DNA from: an uncultured bacterium
Lineage (GTDB): Bacteria; Actinomycetota; Acidimicrobiia; Spongiisociales; UBA5794
NCBI GenBank assembly: GCA_963801165.1
Contig: CAWDDT010000004.1
Coordinates: forward strand, 224,001 to 288,000
Length of the DNA: 64,000 nucleotides
Direction: 5' to 3'
Below are positions 1-9,199 of the stretch, in pieces. The first letter of the stretch is position 1. Each line of letters starts with the position of its first letter. The translations under genes were made by a program, and so were the position numbers. The notes under the pieces were generated by a model. That model was not told the DNA's origin. It made no database searches and saw only the letters and a list, made by a program, of their open reading frames with translations.

Positions 1-245
1 CCGTGGCCGTCGGCCTCGACGAGGCCCCCGTTACCGTCGACATCGTTTCCGACTCGGTGAGCAACGTACTGGCAGTGCCCGTCTCGGCCCTCGTTGCCCT
101 CCAAGAAGGCGGGTATGCGGTGGAGATCGACTCCGGTGACGGCACCACCCACTTCGTTGCGGTCGAGCCCGGTCTCTATGCCGACGGTCTGGTCGAGGTG
201 AGCTCAGATAGTCTGAGCGCAGGCGACCAGGTGGTCGTGCCGTGA
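1..245 (+). CDS. C-terminal part of an efflux periplasmic adaptor (membrane-fusion-like) protein, truncated by the window start
   Basis: VLAVPVSAL...V.V.PGL...G.VEV...L..GDQVVVP is a typical adaptor C-terminus; it overlaps the next ABC ATPase by GTGA. Confidence 0.75.
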   Translation, partial: VAVGLDEAPVTVDIVSDSVSNVLAVPVSALVALQEGGYAVEIDSGDGTTHFVAVEPGLYADGLVEVSSDSLSAGDQVVVP

Positions 246-973
246 CCGTCGCCGTTGCCGAGGACCGGGTGGCGCCGGCCGGCGGAGCGGACGTCGTCCT
301 CTCACTGCGTAGGGTCAGCAAGGAATACCCGACGACGCCACCGGTGCGGGCACTGCGTGGTGTCGACTTCACTGTGACCCGCGGCGAGCTGGTCGGTGTT
401 GTCGGGCCATCGGGTAGTGGGAAGTCGACGCTGCTGCACATCATGGGAACGCTCGACCGCCCAACCGCAGGGGAAGTGACCGTCGCCGGATACGACGTGG
501 CAAGTCTCAGCGACAAGGACATGTCGGCGCTGCGCTCCCGGCACATCGGCTTCGTGTTCCAGCAGTTCCATCTGCTCAGCGGCTACACCGCTCTCGACAA
601 CGTGGCCGATGGGCTGCTCTACACCGGCGCCAACCTGGCCACCAGGCGTGAGCTGGCGCGGGGGGCGCTGGAGAAGGTCGATCTCGGCCACCGACTCAAC
701 CACGTCGCCACCCTCATGTCCGGTGGCGAGCGGCAGCGGGTGGCCGTGGCCAGGGCGCTGGTGGGACAGCCGTCGATCGTGCTTGCCGACGAGCCAACGG
801 GCAACCTCGACACGAAAAACAGCGAAGCGATCGTCGATCTGATCCGGCAGATCAACGCCGAGGGAGTCACCTTCGTCGTCATCACCCACAACCGCGAGAT
901 CGCCGATGCCTTCCCGAGGACGATAGGTTTGCGTGACGGCTCGATCGAGTACGACACGGAAGGAAAGCGATGA
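242..973 (+). CDS. ABC transporter ATP-binding protein (MacB/LolD-like)
   Basis: Walker A GPSGSGKST, signature MSGGERQRV, LADEPTGNLD, H-loop ITH. Confidence 0.95.
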   Translation: MTVAVAEDRVAPAGGADVVLSLRRVSKEYPTTPPVRALRGVDFTVTRGELVGVVGPSGSGKSTLLHIMGTLDRPTAGEVTVAGYDVASLSDKDMSALRSRHIGFVFQQFHLLSGYTALDNVADGLLYTGANLATRRELARGALEKVDLGHRLNHVATLMSGGERQRVAVARALVGQPSIVLADEPTGNLDTKNSEAIVDLIRQINAEGVTFVVITHNREIADAFPRTIGLRDGSIEYDTEGKR

Positions 974-2169
974 CGACCGGTCTGGTGCCTTCGCGCTTGC
1001 ACGCGGTCGATGCGCTGCGCACGGCCAGTGTCGGGCTTCGTACCCGCCGTTTGCGCGCCGCTCTATCCGCGCTCGGCATCATGATCGGGATCGCGGCGAT
1101 GGTCGCTGTCCTCGGGCTCTCGGAGTCTTCGAAATCCGAACTGCTGGCGCAACTCGACCGGCTCGGTACCAATCTGCTCACCGTGCAAGCGGGAACGGGC
1201 ATCGGTATCGGGAGTGGTGAGCTCCCCGATGAGGCGGCGGGCATGATTTCCCGGATCGGCCCGGTGGAGACGACGAGCAGCGTTTCTGCGGTCGACGCCA
1301 ACGTGTACAAGAACGATCTCGTGCCCTCGGGCCAGACCGGCGGTATCACCGTTCAGGCGGTGGACATCAATCTTCTCGATACACTGGCCGGGAGTGTCGC
1401 CGACGGGAAGTTCCTCGATGCGGCGACCGCCAACTACCCGACGGCTGTACTCGGCTCCGTGGCGGCACAGCGGCTCGGGATCCGCACGGTCACGGGCACC
1501 CAGCAGATCTGGCTGGGGGACCAGTGGTTCACAGTGATCGGTGTGCTCAATCAGTTCGAGCTGAACCCGGATCTCGATCGGGCCGCTCTGATCGGCCAGG
1601 GTGCGGCCGAGACATATCTCGACCACGACAACGTGCCGACGTCGATCCTGGTGCGGGTGAATCCGGATTATGTCGACGAGGTGACAGCGGTGTTGGCGGC
1701 GACGGCCAACCCGCAGAATCCCGAAGAGGTCGAGGTTGCTCGCCCGTCGGATGCCCTCGAGGCCAAGGAGGCGGCCAACGATGCGTTTACCGCCCTGCTG
1801 CTCGGATTGGGTGCCGTCGCCCTGCTGGTGGGCGGGGTCGGGATCGCCAACGTCATGGTGATCTCTGTGTTGGAGCGCCGCGCTGAGATCGGGCTGCGCC
1901 GGGCTCTAGGAGCCACCAAACGCCACGTTGCGGTCCAGTTCCTCGGCGAGGCGCTGCTACTGTCGGCGGTCGGTGGTGCGGGTGGTGTCGTTCTCGGTTG
2001 GATAGTCACCGGGATCTATGCCCGGGTCAGAGGGTGGAGCACCCTGGTGCCACCGGTTGCGATTGTCGGGGGATTCGTGGCAGCCCTCCTCATCGGTGCC
2101 GTCGCCGGTCTCTACCCGGCCACCCGGGCGGCCCGTCTCTCGCCTACCGAGGCCCTCCACAGCACCTGA
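970..2169 (+). CDS. ABC transporter permease (MacB/FtsX-like)
   Basis: N-terminal TM, large extracytoplasmic domain, GGVGIANVM..SVLERRAEIGLRRALGA, C-terminal YPA.RAARL.P.EAL. Confidence 0.95.
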   Translation: MTTGLVPSRLHAVDALRTASVGLRTRRLRAALSALGIMIGIAAMVAVLGLSESSKSELLAQLDRLGTNLLTVQAGTGIGIGSGELPDEAAGMISRIGPVETTSSVSAVDANVYKNDLVPSGQTGGITVQAVDINLLDTLAGSVADGKFLDAATANYPTAVLGSVAAQRLGIRTVTGTQQIWLGDQWFTVIGVLNQFELNPDLDRAALIGQGAAETYLDHDNVPTSILVRVNPDYVDEVTAVLAATANPQNPEEVEVARPSDALEAKEAANDAFTALLLGLGAVALLVGGVGIANVMVISVLERRAEIGLRRALGATKRHVAVQFLGEALLLSAVGGAGGVVLGWIVTGIYARVRGWSTLVPPVAIVGGFVAALLIGAVAGLYPATRAARLSPTEALHST

Positions 2170-2234
2170 CTCCGCTCTTGCGGACGTCGGCGGCCAACAG
2201 GGCTTCGGGGTAGGCAAGTTGTGTGCGATGGGTC

Positions 2235-2275
2235 TTGACAACGGCCGCATTTGTTCTATAACTAATAGAACAAAT
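2235..2275 (+). promoter_or_regulatory. Housekeeping-sigma promoter overlapped by a perfect 11-bp inverted repeat (YtrA/GntR-type operator)
   Basis: TTGACA 2235-2240, TATAAC 2257-2262; ATTTGTTCTAT-aacta-ATAGAACAAAT at 2249-2275. Confidence 0.8.
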
Positions 2276-2292
2276 ATCGAAAGGCGGTTTCT

Positions 2293-2493
2293 GTGACTGA
2301 TATCAATTGGGCCGGCCTTGCCCCTTTCCTGGTCCTGGCGCTTGCGTTTGTCGTCTGGTGCTGGGTCGACATCTCTCGCCACGAGGTGCGTTATCTGCCC
2401 AAGTGGCTGTGGGCCGTGATCTGTGCGATGTCTGTCCCTCTCGGGGGCATCGTGTACCTGCTCGTCGGGCGTGAATCGGCACCGATCAAATGA
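2293..2493 (+). CDS. Small membrane protein with a PLDc N-terminal-like domain
   Basis: Two TM helices, LPKWLWAVI...P.GGIVYLLVGR motif; its stop overlaps the next ATG. Confidence 0.85.
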   Translation: MTDINWAGLAPFLVLALAFVVWCWVDISRHEVRYLPKWLWAVICAMSVPLGGIVYLLVGRESAPIK

Positions 2494-3399
2494 TCACCAC
2501 GAGCGGTCTCACCAAGGATTACGGGACGAGCGAGGGGGACGACGAGGGGGACGACGAGGGGGACGACGAGGGGATTGGATCACGTCGACTTGAGCGTGAC
2601 GCGCGGCTCGGTGTACGGGCTCGTCGGCCCAAACGGGGCCGGCAAGACGACCCTGCTCGGCGTCCTGGCCGGGCTGCGGCGGGCGACCTCCGGCACGATC
2701 GACATCGGGACCACGAAGGTTGGCGTCCTCCCGGACACGCCACTGTTCGACGGGTGGCTAACCGCCCGTGAGGTGGTCGAGCTCTCCCTCAACATGAGCG
2801 ATGGCTCGACCGATCAGGACCGGGTTGCCGCGGTGATCGCCGAAGCCGGCATCACCGAGGCTGCCGACCGGGCTGTGGGTGGTTTCTCGCGAGGCATGTT
2901 GCAGCGGCTCGGGGTGGCGGCGACCCTCGTTGCGGAGCCCGAGCTGATCCTCCTCGACGAGCCCTGTTCGGCGCTGGACCCGCTGGGAAGGAGGGAGGTG
3001 CTGGATCTCATCTCCCGTCTCCGCGGCGACGCCACCGTCGTGTTCTCCAGCCACATCCTGGCCGACGTTCAGGAGGTCTGCGATACCGTCGGTATCCTGC
3101 GCCAGGGAACGCTCGTGTTCGAGGGGCCGCTGGAGCAATTGCTGGTCGGCAAGGCACAGCCGCAGTATCTCGTCCGGCTTCGGCCCCCGATCGAGCCGGT
3201 GGTGGCCACTTTGCGCACCGTGGATTGGATCGAGAGTGTGACGGGCGTCGGCCCGGACCAGATCCGCGTCTCCGGTGCCAATCTCGAGGTCCTGGAGACC
3301 GGCCTGGTTCCGGCGCTGGCGGCGGCGGGCGCTCAGGTGGTTTCGCTCGCCCCCGACGCTCCATCCCTCGAGGACGTGTTTCTGGAGGTGGTGAAATGA
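2490..3399 (+). pseudogene. ABC-2 type ATP-binding protein, frameshifted near 2530 inside a 12-bp tandem repeat (true pseudogene, phase variant or sequencing error)
   Basis: MITTSGLTKDYG in one frame continues as GLDHVDL..GPNGAGKTT..FSRGMLQRL..LLDEP in another; the span is 910 nt (3n+1). Confidence 0.75.
2523..2573 (+). repeat. 12-bp tandem repeat GGGACGACGAGG x4, first copy with an extra G
   Basis: gggacgagcgagg gggacgacgagg gggacgacgagg gggacgacgagg read directly. Confidence 0.9.
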
Positions 3400-4142
3400 A
3401 TCTGTGGCGTTTGGAGTGGTTGCGTCTGGTCCGCACCAGGCGGCTGATTGCCCTCCTCGGTGTCTTTCTCTTCTTCGGCTTTCTCGGTCCGCTGACCGCC
3501 CGATACATCAAGCAAATCATCGAGAACTTCGGCGGCAACGTTCAGATCGTCGTTCCGGACCCGGTCCCCGCCGACGGCATCACCCAGTACGTCGGCAACG
3601 CGATGCAGATCGGTCTGCTCGTCTCCATGGGTATCGCCGCCGCCGCTCTGGCCTTCGATGCCAAGCCGCAGATGGGCATCTTCTTGCGCACCCGGGTGCG
3701 ACGGGTGAGCGACATCATCGTGCCCCGATATGTTGTCATGGTGGCGGCGGTAGTCGCCTGCTTCATGTTGGGCTCGATAGCGGCGCTCTATGAAACCACG
3801 GTGCTGATCGGGTCGCTCTCGATTGGTGGCTGGCTGCTGGGGACGTTGGTCGGCTCGCTCTATCTGGCCTTCGCCGTAGCTCTGGTTTCCCTGGTGGCTG
3901 CCCGGGCGAACTCGGTGATGCTGACATTGGTCGTGAGTGTGGCGATTCTGCTGTTGCTGCCGGTGATCGGCGTGATCCCGGACGTGGCGCCGTGGCTGCC
4001 CAGCCACCTGATCGGTGGTGTCGACGGGCTGGTTCGAGACGGTGCTTTCGGCGACTACCTCCGAGCCACGATCGTCACGATCGGGTTGACGCTCGCCGCT
4101 CTGTGGCTGGCCGTCCGCGTCGCCGAGCGCCGGGAGCTGTGA
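3396..4142 (+). CDS. ABC-2 type permease
   Basis: ATG overlaps the upstream TGA; MNLWRLEWLRLVRT start and about 6 TM segments. Confidence 0.85.
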   Translation: MNLWRLEWLRLVRTRRLIALLGVFLFFGFLGPLTARYIKQIIENFGGNVQIVVPDPVPADGITQYVGNAMQIGLLVSMGIAAAALAFDAKPQMGIFLRTRVRRVSDIIVPRYVVMVAAVVACFMLGSIAALYETTVLIGSLSIGGWLLGTLVGSLYLAFAVALVSLVAARANSVMLTLVVSVAILLLLPVIGVIPDVAPWLPSHLIGGVDGLVRDGAFGDYLRATIVTIGLTLAALWLAVRVAERREL

Positions 4143-5162
4143 TCAGTCCGCAACCGACACGAGGTAGTCACCGGCTTCGTCGTCCCACTTCAGCTCGACA
4201 ACTCCCCGGGCGCTGGCGGCCTGGACAAAACGCAGGAACCCGGAGTAGCCGAGCCGTCGTTCGTTGAAGCCGCTCTGGCGCTTGCGCATCTGGTCCTTGA
4301 GACCGGAGAGCGGCTGCGGCTTGGAATTTCCGATCACTTCGGCGAGCAGACTGAATTCGTTGCTGTGCTCTGCGTCGCTGGGGAAATCGATGAGCGGATC
4401 TCCCTGAGCTCCTTCGTCGGTCAGTTCTACGATCGAGTTGGACGCCAGGTGGCGGATGAGCTCGCCGAAGCCGCGGAAGCCGTAGTCGGCCTCGCTGAAT
4501 GTGGGGTCCTTGCGCAGCAACGCTCGCTTGAGCGATGAGGAACGCACCGATCCGTCCGCTGACTGCTGCAGGCCGGCGAGGGTAGTGGTGACCAGCGAGA
4601 CGACGTCGTCGGTGGCTCGCGGTGTCTCCCGCTCCGTCTCATCGCGCTCTGCCTTGCGGTCGGGCTTGGGTTCGCGCTTTGGCTTGTGGATCTCTACCCC
4701 GGCAAGCCGCTCGTAGAACAGGAACTCGTCGCACGCCGGGGGGAGCATGGCCGATGTCGACGCCTTGAGACCGACACCGACGACGCGTTTGTTCAGCTCA
4801 CGTAGCTTCTGGACGAGGGGAGTGAAGTCGCTGTCACCGGTGCAGATGACAAAGGCAGTCACGTAGTCGCGCTCGAAAGCCAGCTCGACGGCGTCAACGG
4901 CCATCTTGATATCGGCGGCATTCTTGCGGACCCGGCCCCGCCGCTGTGGTATCTCGATGAGCTCAACCTGGTTGTCGGCCAGCATCTGGCGATCCTTCTC
5001 GAAGGACGACCAGTCGGCGTAGGCGCGTCTCACCACAACGCGACCCCGTTCGGCCAGTGCGTCGGCGACCGGCTTGAAGTCAAACTGGATGCCGAGATCG
5101 TCTCTGGCGCCGATGGCGAGGTTCTCGTAGTCGATGAACAGCCCGATGCGTTCTTCTTCCAT
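4143..5162 (-). CDS. NYN-domain (LabA/PIN-like) protein with C-terminal OST-HTH/LOTUS domains
   Basis: LFIDYENL, RRAYADW, KNAADIKMAVDA, TGDSDFTPL, CDEF; LOTUS-like FSEADYGFRGF and FNERRLGYSGF; TACGCT 7 nt before the ATG. Confidence 0.92.
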   Translation of the reverse strand: MEEERIGLFIDYENLAIGARDDLGIQFDFKPVADALAERGRVVVRRAYADWSSFEKDRQMLADNQVELIEIPQRRGRVRKNAADIKMAVDAVELAFERDYVTAFVICTGDSDFTPLVQKLRELNKRVVGVGLKASTSAMLPPACDEFLFYERLAGVEIHKPKREPKPDRKAERDETERETPRATDDVVSLVTTTLAGLQQSADGSVRSSSLKRALLRKDPTFSEADYGFRGFGELIRHLASNSIVELTDEGAQGDPLIDFPSDAEHSNEFSLLAEVIGNSKPQPLSGLKDQMRKRQSGFNERRLGYSGFLRFVQAASARGVVELKWDDEAGDYLVSVAD

Positions 5163-5196
5163 GGCTTTGAGCGTAGCCGACTCGGCGGCGCCGCGA

Positions 5197-6678
5197 TCAG
5201 CCGCCGATAGATCCGATCCAGATGTCGATATGCGCAGGCTCCGACGGAGTGGCCCCGGCGACCGAGAGCATGACCAGCCGGTCGTGCAGCGGCGCCACCG
5301 TCGGGTACGGGTCATTGCCGGGAATCTCGATCTCCGACCAGTGCAGCCCGTCCGATGAGAACATGGCGTTCGCACGGACGAACCTGCTCCGGTAGCCGAT
5401 GAAACCGGCCTGCCCTCCAACCGCGTATGTGACCGAACCGGGGTCGCTGAGTACCGTCCACGTCCCACCCGCGGTACCGACACAACGGGTTCCGTCGTCG
5501 CCGGTGAGCAGGATCCGGTCGCTACTGGTTGCCAGCTCGAACCGGACGCACTGGGGCGGTGGCTGGCTGTCGGCGGGCTGCCAGGCCCTGCCCGTGTTGC
5601 TGTTCCAGAGCCTGATGTTCTCGAACGGGGCAAAGGAGTTCTCCTGCTCGTAGCCTGCGGTGATGAACCCGTCTTGCCACGCCAGGGGCAGGAAGTAGCC
5701 GTCGGGGAGCGCGCTCCCGGACTCCACGGGGAGGAAGTCGACGCCGTTGCTCGAGCGCCAGGAGAAGCCCACGCGCACCGCACCAAGATCGGGTGTCGTT
5801 TCCACCGGAAACGCTCCCTCGGGCAGATCGTATGTGCGCAGGATCTGCTCGTCTTCGGGCGTGGTCAGCCGAACCCAGACCGCATCGCTCGTGACTACGA
5901 CCTCAGGTGTCGTATCGAACACCGCGATCGGGGTCGGGATCTGTTGGGAGTACACCGAGTCCAGGTAGTAGCTGAGGCCGCGATCTTGCGGGTCGACCTC
6001 GTCCGGGATGTAGGGTGCGATCGCCTCCCGCCACACCGGGAAGTCGCCGATTACCACCGTCACTATCTCCCCGACCTCGTTGACGGCCGTGCCCCCATAG
6101 AGGACGGTGATCTCGTCCGGTACGGCGACAGCGACGGGGGTGAATGAGCCACCGTCGACGGCCCGCCCCGGGAGTGAGTGCCACATGGCGAAGTGGTCGC
6201 CCAGGGAGCCGGACAGGATGAGCCCCGTTGTGGTGGCCACCAGGTCTGTGACCGCGGCGCCGTCGTCGAGCCGGATTGGCTCGGTCTGCCAGGTGAGCCC
6301 GTCACCGGAGCTCCACAGCTCGTTGCTGGTTGTCCCGGCAGCGGTGTCTTCGAATCGGGTCACGACGTAGATGCGCCCCCCTAGCTCTACGGGGCTGGTG
6401 GCTCCCGCGTAGTCCATCCCCACGGGGAACGGCGGAACGCTGGACGCTTGCGCCCACGTGACCGAGACCGGCCCTGCCGAGTCGTCCGCGGTGTCGGCAT
6501 TGGCCTCACCGGAGACGAAGTCGTCACCCGACGATCCCCGGGTGAGCGACGCCACCGCCCAGCCGACGAGGATGCCTATTACCAGAACGGCGATCGTGAG
6601 CGGGAACCGAGGGGGGCGCCGGGGCGGTGTTGTTTCGTCCCCGGTCAGCGGCCTGACTCTTGCTGTCTCGTCGGTCAC
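5197..6678 (-). CDS. Membrane-anchored extracellular protein with Asp-box/BNR-like repeats
   Basis: Single N-terminal TM; WSSGDGLTW, WRSSNGVDF, WNSNTGRAW, FSSDGLHW motifs. Confidence 0.7.
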   Translation of the reverse strand: MTDETARVRPLTGDETTPPRRPPRFPLTIAVLVIGILVGWAVASLTRGSSGDDFVSGEANADTADDSAGPVSVTWAQASSVPPFPVGMDYAGATSPVELGGRIYVVTRFEDTAAGTTSNELWSSGDGLTWQTEPIRLDDGAAVTDLVATTTGLILSGSLGDHFAMWHSLPGRAVDGGSFTPVAVAVPDEITVLYGGTAVNEVGEIVTVVIGDFPVWREAIAPYIPDEVDPQDRGLSYYLDSVYSQQIPTPIAVFDTTPEVVVTSDAVWVRLTTPEDEQILRTYDLPEGAFPVETTPDLGAVRVGFSWRSSNGVDFLPVESGSALPDGYFLPLAWQDGFITAGYEQENSFAPFENIRLWNSNTGRAWQPADSQPPPQCVRFELATSSDRILLTGDDGTRCVGTAGGTWTVLSDPGSVTYAVGGQAGFIGYRSRFVRANAMFSSDGLHWSEIEIPGNDPYPTVAPLHDRLVMLSVAGATPSEPAHIDIWIGSIGG

Positions 6679-6723
6679 GGCGCCGAAGGTTACCGGCGGA
6701 ATTCGCGCGTTGGAGACGGCCCG

Positions 6724-7716
6724 TCAGTCGAGAGTGCTCCGCACGAAATGGATGTCCGGCTTGCGGCCTTCCGACATGGTGTAGTAGGAGAAGCCACCGG
6801 CTGCGAACGTGATCGCCTCGCCCTGCACTTCGGCTGTCGACGGTGTGCTGCACGGCTCGGTCGCGAATGTCCCGGCGAAACCCAGATCGGTCCGCGTCCA
6901 CAGCCACACCTCGTTGTAGCCGCGGAACGCAATGAGCGCACCGCTCGTGTCGATGTCGGCGCCGGTCACGAATAGGCCGCGGTCCAGCGGAAAGACCCCG
7001 ATCTGGACTAGGTCGACGCTTGCTCCGTCGACCAGGAGGTCCGCCGGTGCCCGGTAGATCGGGGCGTCGCCACCGGACTGTGGTTTGGCTATGAGGACGA
7101 GGTCACCGGTGACCGGGTCGACGAACATCGCCTCTGCGTCCTGTCCCGGCTTGGAGTAGTACAGGTTGAACTCGTCGACCTCAGAGATGAATCCTCCTGC
7201 CGGATCGGGCTCCGGTTCGGCGAACCGCTGCACGGTCACGTAGGCCCGAAAATGGAGGTTGTCCCCGATGTCGCCCAGGTAGAGGTAATAGCGAGCGGGA
7301 TCCGGTCCGGGCCCGATGGCGATGTCCTCCCAGTCGAAGGTCGTTGTGTCGATTTCGAACGTGCCCATGTCGTCCCCGGTAACGGTCGTGGCATATACGT
7401 AGGGACCGCCTCCCGAGTCGTTGTGCATCCACAGCACGTCGGGATGGGCACGGGACGCCACGATGCCGGAGATCTCAGTGGCCCAGTCGGCGGCGACGGT
7501 CCCCGTTGCCACCGGATCCTGATAGGAGTTGCATAGCGTGGCCGGTGGTGAGGCCGGCATGGTGGGTGGGGTGGTCGTGGCAGTTGGCGTCGTGGCGGCC
7601 GTGGTCACAGGGACCGTGGTGGTTGTCGCATCTGCTGCCGGGGACGTCGACAGGCCGTCGCAGCCCGCCCCCACGAGCAGTATCGCCAGCACGAGAGTGA
7701 TCCGAGCCCTGGTCAC
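6724..7716 (-). CDS. Lipoprotein, probable beta-propeller hydrolase-like
   Basis: Lipobox GAGC, Thr/Pro linker, EISG..HNDSG, DWEDIA, GDIGDN, DAEA, QGEAI motifs. Confidence 0.7.
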   Translation of the reverse strand: MTRARITLVLAILLVGAGCDGLSTSPAADATTTTVPVTTAATTPTATTTPPTMPASPPATLCNSYQDPVATGTVAADWATEISGIVASRAHPDVLWMHNDSGGGPYVYATTVTGDDMGTFEIDTTTFDWEDIAIGPGPDPARYYLYLGDIGDNLHFRAYVTVQRFAEPEPDPAGGFISEVDEFNLYYSKPGQDAEAMFVDPVTGDLVLIAKPQSGGDAPIYRAPADLLVDGASVDLVQIGVFPLDRGLFVTGADIDTSGALIAFRGYNEVWLWTRTDLGFAGTFATEPCSTPSTAEVQGEAITFAAGGFSYYTMSEGRKPDIHFVRSTLD

Positions 7717-7743
7717 CGGGTCAAGCCTAAGACACGATGGCGG

Positions 7744-9087
7744 CTAGAAATGCCCGGCACCCAGCAACCGGAGCGCGATTGCCTCGGCGAGGATGCCCTT
7801 GCGTATCTCATCGAGATCCTGGCTCTCGTTGGGACCATGCGCCCGGCTGGTCGGATCGGCGACTCCGGTGAGCAGAATGGTTGCCTCCGGATAACGAGTG
7901 GCGAAGTCGGCCACAAACGGTATGGACCCGCCCACACCCATCTCGGCGGTCTCCCGTCCCCACGCTTCTGTGAAGGCGGTCCGGAAGGCGTCGTAGATCT
8001 GGCCCGCCGTGTCTCCGGCGAACGGCTCGCCCATGGCGCCCCTCGTTACCGTCACCTCGGCCCCCCATCCGACGTTGCCCTCGAGATGGGCGCCGAGCGC
8101 ATCCATGGCGCGTGCCGGATCGTCGCCGGGAGCGAGGCGCAGGCTCACCTTGGCCCGCGCCACCGGGACTAGCTGGTTGATTGCTTCGCTCAGTGGCGGA
8201 GCGTCGACGGCGAGCACCGCGATCGCGGGCTTGGTCCACAACCGCGATGTGATGGATCCGCTGCCGAGCAGCCGGATACCGTCCACCGGCTCGGCCTGGG
8301 CTCTGAGCTCGTCGGCGGTGAGGTCGAGCGCCGTTGTGTCCGCCGCATGCAGACCGGCGACGGCCACCTCGCCGTCCTCGTTGTGAAGGGTGGCCAGCAG
8401 CCGGGCAAGCGTTGTGATGGCATCGGGGATCGCACCGCCGAACATCCCGCTGTGAACCGCGTGGCGCAGCGTCCGCACCTCGACGGTGCAGTCGACGAGA
8501 CCACGCAGCGACGTGGTGAGCGTGGGGACTCCGACCGCCCAATTGGAGGAATCGAGGATGACGATCACGTCGGCGGCGAATAGATCCTGGTAGGTATCGA
8601 GGAAGGAACCGAGGTGCGCAGATCCGATCTCCTCCTCGCCCTCTACGAGGACCTTGATGCCGACCGGCGGCTGCGGCCCGAGCGCTCCGATCGCTCCCAC
8701 GTGGACCATCACCCCCGCCTTGTCGTCGCTGGTGCCCCGACCGTAGATACGGCCGTCGCGTGCAAACGGCTGGAAGGGGGCGGCATCCCACTCGTCGGCG
8801 GGGCCGGGTGGCTGTACGTCGTGGTGGGCGTAGAGAAGGACCGTCGGTGCGTTCTCGGGACCGGGGAGGTGAGCGAAGACGGCCGGATGGGCGCCTTCGA
8901 TCTCGAGGAGACGCACATCGGGGCAGCCGGCGGAACTGAGCAGCCCGGCGGTGAACTCTGCGGAGCGCCGCACCTCGGCCGGGTCATAGCCGGGAGCGCT
9001 TACTGAGGGGATACTGACCAGCGATTCCAGGCTGGCAACCAGGTCTGGAAACGACCGGTCGGTGGCGGTGCGAAGATCGTCGTGCAT
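7744..9087 (-). CDS. M20-family metallo-dipeptidase
   Basis: YAHHDVQP, GRGTSDDK, EGEEEIGS, HSG, GGSIP, HGPNES. Confidence 0.92.
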   Translation of the reverse strand: MHDDLRTATDRSFPDLVASLESLVSIPSVSAPGYDPAEVRRSAEFTAGLLSSAGCPDVRLLEIEGAHPAVFAHLPGPENAPTVLLYAHHDVQPPGPADEWDAAPFQPFARDGRIYGRGTSDDKAGVMVHVGAIGALGPQPPVGIKVLVEGEEEIGSAHLGSFLDTYQDLFAADVIVILDSSNWAVGVPTLTTSLRGLVDCTVEVRTLRHAVHSGMFGGAIPDAITTLARLLATLHNEDGEVAVAGLHAADTTALDLTADELRAQAEPVDGIRLLGSGSITSRLWTKPAIAVLAVDAPPLSEAINQLVPVARAKVSLRLAPGDDPARAMDALGAHLEGNVGWGAEVTVTRGAMGEPFAGDTAGQIYDAFRTAFTEAWGRETAEMGVGGSIPFVADFATRYPEATILLTGVADPTSRAHGPNESQDLDEIRKGILAEAIALRLLGAGHF

Positions 9088-9199
9088 GGACCGGAGGTTA
9101 GAGCGGGGGCGAACAAGGCGCTAAAGCCGTAGGCGGGTCGGATCGACGTTAACTTCGTGGCGGCGACAACTTTCGTGGCGCGACGCAAGGAGGTGTGAC

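Noticed and set aside
2490-2771. 93-aa ORF with EGDD repeats as a separate acidic protein
   Set aside because: It is the out-of-frame read-through of the frameshifted ABC ATPase.
4143-5162. NYN protein as a toxin or defence nuclease
   Set aside because: No antitoxin or defence neighbours; NYN-LOTUS proteins are widespread stand-alone genes.
5163-5786. N-terminal extension of the NYN ORF
   Set aside because: It overlaps the upstream gene in another frame; the NYN domain begins at 5162 with a leaderless -10.
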